Positions 58,298-64,000 of a stretch of 64,000 bases of DNA are shown here, piece after piece. The notes beneath the pieces are model-generated. The model saw only the letters and a program-made list of their open reading frames with translations. It had not been told where the DNA came from and did not search any database. The translations under genes were made by a program, and so were the position numbers. Source of the DNA: Armatimonadota bacterium (GTDB lineage Bacteria; Armatimonadota; SYMT01); the NCBI GenBank assembly GCA_041690135.1, contig JAWLHY010000002.1, positions 128,001 to 192,000 on the forward strand, read 5' to 3'. The number at the start of each line of letters is the position of its first letter. The first letter of the stretch is position 1.

Positions 58298-61123
58298 TTA
58301 GAAGCCCGCGGTCGATTTCGCGAGCGGCAGTAGCCGCACCGGTCCCAGGAGACCCGAGGGAAGCGGCTGCCAGGTGGAGGCATCGAACTTCTTGTAGTCG
58401 ATGTTGACGAAGAAGAACTTCTGCCACGGCTGCTTCTGCCGGTCCATCTCCGCGATCCGGTTCGCCATTAAGTTGGTGACCTCTACCTCCAGGAGATTCT
58501 CCCCGGAGCGGAGCGCCTCCCCGAGCGACACCCGGTAGGGCGGCGCCACGAGCGTGCCGAGGTCCCGGCCGTTGAGACGCACCCGCGCGCTGTTCCGCAC
58601 GTCGCCCAGGTCGAGCTGCCAGTCGTCGGCCTTTGCGTCCGGTTTCCGGAAGCGAAGACGGTAGCGGGCGGTACCGGAGAAGGACCGCAGGGCCGCGGTC
58701 TCGCCCGGCAGTTCGATCCAGCTTTTCAGGTCCGTCAGGGTGAGCGGCTGCGGGCGGACGGGCCCCCCTTCGAGGAACTCCACCTGCCACTCGCCCCGCA
58801 GCAGTTCCGATTCTCCGCCGGGTCGCGCCTCGGACCACGCGGGGCCCTTTGCGCTGCGTTCGAGGAGCCGAACCATCCGGGACTCGCCGGGCTCCATCCG
58901 GAGGTAGACCTCGCTGGAGCCGGCCGGTCCCCGGCGCAGCGGCGTGAGACCCCGCCGGCCGGACATCGGGTCGAAGAGGACCGCGGTTTCGCCAGGCGTT
59001 GCCAGCGGGACCCAACTCTCGATGGCTTTCGCGGACCGGTTGACCAGAAAATAGTCCCGGTGTTCCTCATCGATGCGCCGGATGAACCGCAGGCCGCGGT
59101 CGGTCATCCGCTCGCGGGGGACGCGGGCGCGCTCGAGGAGACGCTCCAGGTCGTTACCGACGAGCACCAGGCCGGAGCCGACGCGCGTCTCCGCGATGCT
59201 CCAGTCACGTGCCCGTGGCTTGTCCAGGGGCAGGGTCGCGGCCCGCAGGCGGGCGATCCGCGCGTCGGCTTCGTGGAGGCCGGGCACGTCGCGGGGAAGC
59301 TCGCCCACCACCACGACGGTCGCACCCTCGCGGGCGAGGCGCACGATCCGTTCAAAGGTGTCCGGAGGCATCGTCCGGCAACCCGCCACCACGAGGACGC
59401 GGTACGTGCCGCTGCGGCCGACCAGCCGGCCGTCCGAGGTCATGACGGATCCTTCCACCAGCCCGTCGGAGACGTAGTCGAAGCCGTAGCCTCGCTCCCA
59501 GAGGCGGTGGGCGACCCGGTTGAACTCGGGCAGGTTCTTCCCGCGCCAGTCCTCCGCGTTGTGGACCGTAAGCGGCTGTAGCAGGTCCCGCGAGCCCTCG
59601 TCCTTCGACCAGAGGTCCCAGATCGGGAAGTAGAGGAGCACATCGTTATCCGGTCGCCCGGCCTGGAGGAACGACTGGCAGCGGGTGAAGTAGGCGTTCA
59701 GGGCGGGGAAATCGCGCCACCAGGTGTTGGTGGGGGCGAAGTGGGTGGAAGCGTAGAAGAGCCAGCCAGGCCACTCCGCGTCCGCCGGGGAGAACGGGGT
59801 GCCGTGGTAGAAGAGGTGATTGACCCCGGAGAGGAAGAGCTGGTCGGCCTGGTCCTTCACGTCGGCCAGGGGCACTCGGAAGTGCTCGCCGAGCCAGGTC
59901 ATCGACTCGCTGCTGGTGTACGGCTTGCCCGCCACGTGCGCCGCGGAGGAGGCCATCTTGCAGGTGAGAAGATCGTCCACGCGCTCATCGACGGCTGGGG
60001 CCGGCGTTCCGGGAGCGACCGGGCGGCGGCCTTCCCCGAACATTTCTGTCTCGGGGATATCGGCGGCGGCGTACAGGTCCAGCACATTGCCCGGCGACCC
60101 GTGCGCCTGGTTCCGGGTGACGCACCCCTGGCCCCTTGCCCAGCCGGCCCAGCGCCGGGTGAACCCTTCTAGCAGCAGGTCGGAGACGGTATGGCGATAG
60201 TCCGAGCGCACCCGCGCGACCCGCTCTGGGGTATCGTGGCCGCCGAGCGCGGGCAGGACCTTCAGCAGGTCGTACCCGCGGCGGCGCTGGAACTCGGCCG
60301 GCAGGCTCGACGTCCAGTTGGAGCCGAACGCCTCGAAGGAGTCGTTGAACAGCGCGCGCGGTCGCTCCGCGGAGGGCATGCCGGAGAGCACCGGGGTGAA
60401 GTTCCCCAGCCACCGCTGCAGCGCCGGGCCGGAGTAGTGGTCCAGCACGTTCCCCTCGCCGCCCGGTCCGGCGCGCTTTACCTGCTGTCCCGTCGGCTTG
60501 ACCTGGAGTGCGTAGAGGCTCCAGCCCTCTCCGGGTGCTTTCCAGGTGAGGCGACCGCGGGAGTCGACCTGCCGGGTGAGGTCTTCCGTCCGTCCCTCCG
60601 GACCGTAAGCGACAAGCGCCTGCAGCCGGGCATTCCGAATGGCGGGCACGGTGGCGGTTCCGCCGGGCTCCACCTGCAGCCGTTGGACCACCGCCTGCGC
60701 GGCGGCATCGTCGCGCGAAACGGTGGGGCCGCCGTAAGGCCAGCCGGTCCCGAGGATCATGTCCACGCCCATTCCTAATCGGGCGCCCTCGCGGGTGGTG
60801 TGACGGAGCATCTCCACCCAGCGGGGGCTGAGGTACGGGATGGCGCGGCTCTCCGCTCCCTGGGCGCCGTAGATCGGGCTGATTTCCACCCCGCCGATCC
60901 CGGCCTGCCGGAACTGTTCCAGGTGACGAGTGATCTCTGCCTCGTTGACGGCGCTCCCCAGCCACCACCAGCGGGTCCATGGCCGGGCCTCCCGCCGGAC
61001 CTCGGGCCAGTCCAGGGCGGGATCTTGCCGGGTGCTCGTGGACGGCGCACTGAACGCCGCCGAAGCCGCTCCCATAGCCGCCAGACCGGCACAAACCATT
61101 ACTGCTCTTCTGCCGTAGCCCAT
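58298..61123 (-). CDS. GH106 alpha-L-rhamnosidase-like glycoside hydrolase
   Basis: RPWTRWWWLG, GIGGVEI, GTGWPYGGP, FNDSFE, SSAAHVAG, SGVNHLFYHG, VTNLMANR, SGLLGPV. Confidence 0.88.
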   Translation of the reverse strand: MGYGRRAVMVCAGLAAMGAASAAFSAPSTSTRQDPALDWPEVRREARPWTRWWWLGSAVNEAEITRHLEQFRQAGIGGVEISPIYGAQGAESRAIPYLSPRWVEMLRHTTREGARLGMGVDMILGTGWPYGGPTVSRDDAAAQAVVQRLQVEPGGTATVPAIRNARLQALVAYGPEGRTEDLTRQVDSRGRLTWKAPGEGWSLYALQVKPTGQQVKRAGPGGEGNVLDHYSGPALQRWLGNFTPVLSGMPSAERPRALFNDSFEAFGSNWTSSLPAEFQRRRGYDLLKVLPALGGHDTPERVARVRSDYRHTVSDLLLEGFTRRWAGWARGQGCVTRNQAHGSPGNVLDLYAAADIPETEMFGEGRRPVAPGTPAPAVDERVDDLLTCKMASSAAHVAGKPYTSSESMTWLGEHFRVPLADVKDQADQLFLSGVNHLFYHGTPFSPADAEWPGWLFYASTHFAPTNTWWRDFPALNAYFTRCQSFLQAGRPDNDVLLYFPIWDLWSKDEGSRDLLQPLTVHNAEDWRGKNLPEFNRVAHRLWERGYGFDYVSDGLVEGSVMTSDGRLVGRSGTYRVLVVAGCRTMPPDTFERIVRLAREGATVVVVGELPRDVPGLHEADARIARLRAATLPLDKPRARDWSIAETRVGSGLVLVGNDLERLLERARVPRERMTDRGLRFIRRIDEEHRDYFLVNRSAKAIESWVPLATPGETAVLFDPMSGRRGLTPLRRGPAGSSEVYLRMEPGESRMVRLLERSAKGPAWSEARPGGESELLRGEWQVEFLEGGPVRPQPLTLTDLKSWIELPGETAALRSFSGTARYRLRFRKPDAKADDWQLDLGDVRNSARVRLNGRDLGTLVAPPYRVSLGEALRSGENLLEVEVTNLMANRIAEMDRQKQPWQKFFFVNIDYKKFDASTWQPLPSGLLGPVRLLPLAKSTAGF

Positions 61124-61283
61124 TTCCAATTCCTTGACTGGAGTGTTTGCCGATGCCGGCTGCGAGGCGTTAGAAACGCCTCGCTGGAGGGCGTCCTCCG
61201 GACGGCTAAATCCTGTGTAACTGCGATGAACCCGGGTAGACCGGGTGCCCGCGTCCGGAGGACGCCCGATCAGCGAGGGACTT

Positions 61284-62849
61284 CTACTCCCTCGCCGGCT
61301 TCTGACCTTTCCGGATATCCACCGGGGTGTCGTTCTTCTGGGCGGATCCGGGGGTGCTGCGGCCGCGGTCGGCATAGGCCTGCAGCAGCTTCGTGAGGCG
61401 CTCGACCACCTCGGGATGCTCGGCCTGCAGGTTCTTTCGCTCGCCGATATCCCGGCTCAGGTCGTAGAGCTGTACCTTCGGAAGCTGGGAGGTATCGTCC
61501 TTGCCCGGGCGGGGCGCGCTCCAGCCGCCGGAGCCGGGGCAGAGGGCGAGCTTCCATTTCCCCTGCCGGATGGCGAAGGAGCCGTTGATGGAGTGATGCA
61601 CCGTCGCTTCCCGGACCGGCGCCTTCGCGGTTCCGGTGAGCGCAGGGAGAATACTGACGCTGTCTTCCCCCGCGTGGTCCGGCAGCTTCGCCCCCACGAG
61701 GTCGGCGCAGGTCGCCATCAGGTCCGTCAGGCAGATTGTCTCCTCGCTCTGCGCGCCGGCCTTCACCTGGCCTGGCCAGCGCACGATGAACGGCACCCGG
61801 TGCCCACCCTCAAAGATATCCGCCTTATGGCCGCGGAAAACGTGGCTGGGGTTGTGGCCTTTCCCCAGCAACTCGGGATAGTTCGCCTGCGGAGAGCAGC
61901 CGTTGTCGCTGGTAAAGACGACCAGGGTGTTCTTCGCGGCGCCCGTCCGCTCCAGGGCCTCCATCACCTGGCCCACAACCTGGTCGGTCTGGATGGTGAA
62001 GTCGGCGTAGGAGTTCAGGCCGCTCTTCCCCGCGAACTCCGGGGTGGGCGCGATGGGGGTATGGGGCGAGTTGAGCGGCAGGTAGAGGAAGAACGGCTTC
62101 CCTGTCCGGCTGCGGCGCTCGATGTATTCCACGGACTTTCGGCCCAGGGTCGGCAGCACGTCCACCGCTTCGAAGTCGGCATGCGCGGGGCCTTTGCGCA
62201 GGAAGGTCTTCTCGGTGGTCGGGACCCCCTCTGTCCGGTCGTTCCGGATCCAGAGGTACGGGGGCATGTCAAGCGAGGCGCTGATGCCGTAGAACTCGTC
62301 GAACCCGGCGGTGACCGGCGCGTGGCGGATGGGGCGAGTGTAGTCCACCTGCTCCGGAGGGGCTTCTTCCCGCCCGGTCGCGGGCGTCTCCTCGCCCTTG
62401 AGCGACCAGTCCATCCCCAGGTGCCACTTACCGACCGCCGCGGTGTGGTAACCGTGGCGCTTCAGCAGCGCGGGGACGGTGAGACGATCCGGCGCGATCA
62501 GGTGACCCGAGTAGCCGAAGAGAACCCCACTCTTCAGGCGGGTGCGCCAGGCGTAGCGGCCCGTGAGCACCCCGTAGCGCGTGGGCGTGCAAACCGCCGA
62601 GCCGGAGTGGGCGTCGGTGAAGGTCATCCCCTGTGCGGCCAGGCGGTCGACGTGGGGCGTCTTGATCTTCGACTGCGGCTTCAGGCAGGAGACATCGCCG
62701 TAGCCGAGATCATCGGCCAGGATGTACACGATATTCGGCCGCTCCGCTTTGCCGCGAGACGGCTTCCCGCCTTCCGCGGCGGCCACCGACCCCACCACGC
62801 AGAGCGCTATCGCTCCGACCCAGGTTCGCACCATCGTTCGTCTCCCCAC
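61284..62849 (-). CDS. Arylsulfatase (formylglycine-dependent S1)
   Basis: RPNIVYILADDLGYGD, CTPTR, GKWHLG, FTSDNG, EGGHRVP, LYDL. Confidence 0.93.
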   Translation of the reverse strand: MGRRTMVRTWVGAIALCVVGSVAAAEGGKPSRGKAERPNIVYILADDLGYGDVSCLKPQSKIKTPHVDRLAAQGMTFTDAHSGSAVCTPTRYGVLTGRYAWRTRLKSGVLFGYSGHLIAPDRLTVPALLKRHGYHTAAVGKWHLGMDWSLKGEETPATGREEAPPEQVDYTRPIRHAPVTAGFDEFYGISASLDMPPYLWIRNDRTEGVPTTEKTFLRKGPAHADFEAVDVLPTLGRKSVEYIERRSRTGKPFFLYLPLNSPHTPIAPTPEFAGKSGLNSYADFTIQTDQVVGQVMEALERTGAAKNTLVVFTSDNGCSPQANYPELLGKGHNPSHVFRGHKADIFEGGHRVPFIVRWPGQVKAGAQSEETICLTDLMATCADLVGAKLPDHAGEDSVSILPALTGTAKAPVREATVHHSINGSFAIRQGKWKLALCPGSGGWSAPRPGKDDTSQLPKVQLYDLSRDIGERKNLQAEHPEVVERLTKLLQAYADRGRSTPGSAQKNDTPVDIRKGQKPARE

Positions 62850-62995
62850 CGTTTCACGCCCCTTCAGGCACTGCCAAAGACGAGAGACGGTTCACCTGTG
62901 TTGCAACGGAATCCTGTTGCCGCACGGGGAAGCCGTCTCTCGCAGCGGACTTCACGATTCGAACCGGGGCTGTGAACCCTTCCGGTAGAGAGGCC

Positions 62996-63754
62996 TCAGA
63001 GCGACATCCCGCCGTCGATCATGGTGTGGGTGCCGGTGACGTAGCCGCTCTCGTCGGAAGCGAGGTAGAGGGCCAGGGCGGCGATCTCTTCGGCCTTGCC
63101 GATGCGCCCCATCGGCTGGCGGGCAATGAATTGGGAAAGGGCGGTCTCGTAGTCGCCGGTCGCCCGGAGCCGCGCCTGGAGGGAGGGGGTGTCGACGGTG
63201 CCGGGGCAGATGGCGTTGATCCGGATCCCGTCGGCGATGAAGTCGATGGCCACGCTCTTCACCAGGCCCACCACGGCCGCTTTGCTGGCGGAGTAGGCGG
63301 CGCGGTTCTTTACGCCGATGATCCCCGCCACGCTGGCGGTGCAGACGATGGAGCCGCCGCCGTTCGCCTTCATCACCGGGACGGCGTGGCGACAGGCCTG
63401 GAAGACGCTGTTGACGTTGATCCGCATGCAGCGGTCCCACTCCTCCTCGGAGATCTCCAGGACGGTGCCGCCCGGCACAACGCCGGCGTTGGCGTAGAAG
63501 ACATCCAGCTTGCCGTACCGCTCGACGGTCAGGCGCACCAGGTTCTCCACGGAGGCGCTGTCGGCCGCGTCGCACCGGACGAAGAACGCCTCGCCCCCGG
63601 CTTCGCGCACGAGGCGGACGGTCTCCTCGGTCGTGGTCTCGTCCAGGTCGGCGCAGACGATCCGGGCTCCTTCGCGGGCGAACAGGAGGGACGAAGCGCG
63701 CCCGATGCCGGCGCCGGCTCCGGTGATGATAGCTACCTTATTCTCGAGTCTCAT
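62996..63754 (-). CDS. SDR oxidoreductase, resembling 2-keto-3-deoxy-L-fuconate dehydrogenase / BDH2
   Basis: TGAGAGIG, NAG, YSASK, NAICPGTVDTPSL, RQPMGRIG. Confidence 0.9.
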   Translation of the reverse strand: MRLENKVAIITGAGAGIGRASSLLFAREGARIVCADLDETTTEETVRLVREAGGEAFFVRCDAADSASVENLVRLTVERYGKLDVFYANAGVVPGGTVLEISEEEWDRCMRINVNSVFQACRHAVPVMKANGGGSIVCTASVAGIIGVKNRAAYSASKAAVVGLVKSVAIDFIADGIRINAICPGTVDTPSLQARLRATGDYETALSQFIARQPMGRIGKAEEIAALALYLASDESGYVTGTHTMIDGGMSL

Positions 63755-63780
63755 TTGGCGGTGTCCTGGTGCAGCGTTTG

Positions 63781-63820
63781 CAGGTTGGAAGGTTGAAAGT
63801 GGAAGGTTGAAGGTTGGAAG
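63781..63820. repeat. AAGGTTG heptamer tandem repeat
   Basis: CAGGTTGGAAGGTTGAAAGTGGAAGGTTGAAGGTTGGAAG; reverse complement of the family at 36000-36043. Confidence 0.7.
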
Positions 63821-64000
63821 CGCCCCTCGGGGGCCAGGGGGTGAAAGCTGGAAAGCAACATGGCTCTTGCCAATGTGCTTTCTTCTGTGAACGAGCCGGT
63901 GTAGGGCGGGATGCTCTGTCACCGCCTGGCCATGTCTCCGCAGACGTCCTGCCGTGTGGGCGTGCCCTTGTTTACGGGAAGACGAGCCCTGTTATGGATG

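Noticed and set aside
62941-62990. GGTTCGAATC on the minus strand, resembling a tRNA T-loop
   Set aside because: No T-stem pairing, acceptor stem or cloverleaf

Overview
High-GC (roughly two-thirds G+C by eye) bacterial chromosomal window with about 50 credible CDSs. Gene content (three DUF1559/prepilin-type '[24 protein letters not shown]' genes, a DUF1549/DUF1553 + DUF1501 pair, DUF3500, sulfatase, GH106, GH127) suggests Armatimonadota or a Planctomycetota-like organism; this is inference. Housekeeping genes are glgA, glgC, pgi, folD and msrA. I saw no rRNA, tRNA, CRISPR array, transposase or integrase. The strongest unexplained signals are: (1) a 19-nt micro-element GTTTACGCCCCGAGGGGGT, with 34-35-nt long forms, inserted at the same position of GNAG-tetraloop REP-like hairpins, with a matched empty site (12685-12700) and filled site (23957-23991) in this window; (2) a selenoprotein missed by the ORF track (31336-31854, RHLG-UGA-IFC, with a SECIS-like hairpin); (3) a 156-bp IS701-like MITE with TTAG target duplication between two tandem pilin-like paralogs, itself carrying the micro-element; (4) several families of 6-9-mer tandem repeats that occur between genes and also as in-frame inserts in conserved proteins; (5) an orphan protein resembling a replication initiator. 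All family assignments come from motif recognition by eye, not from database searches.
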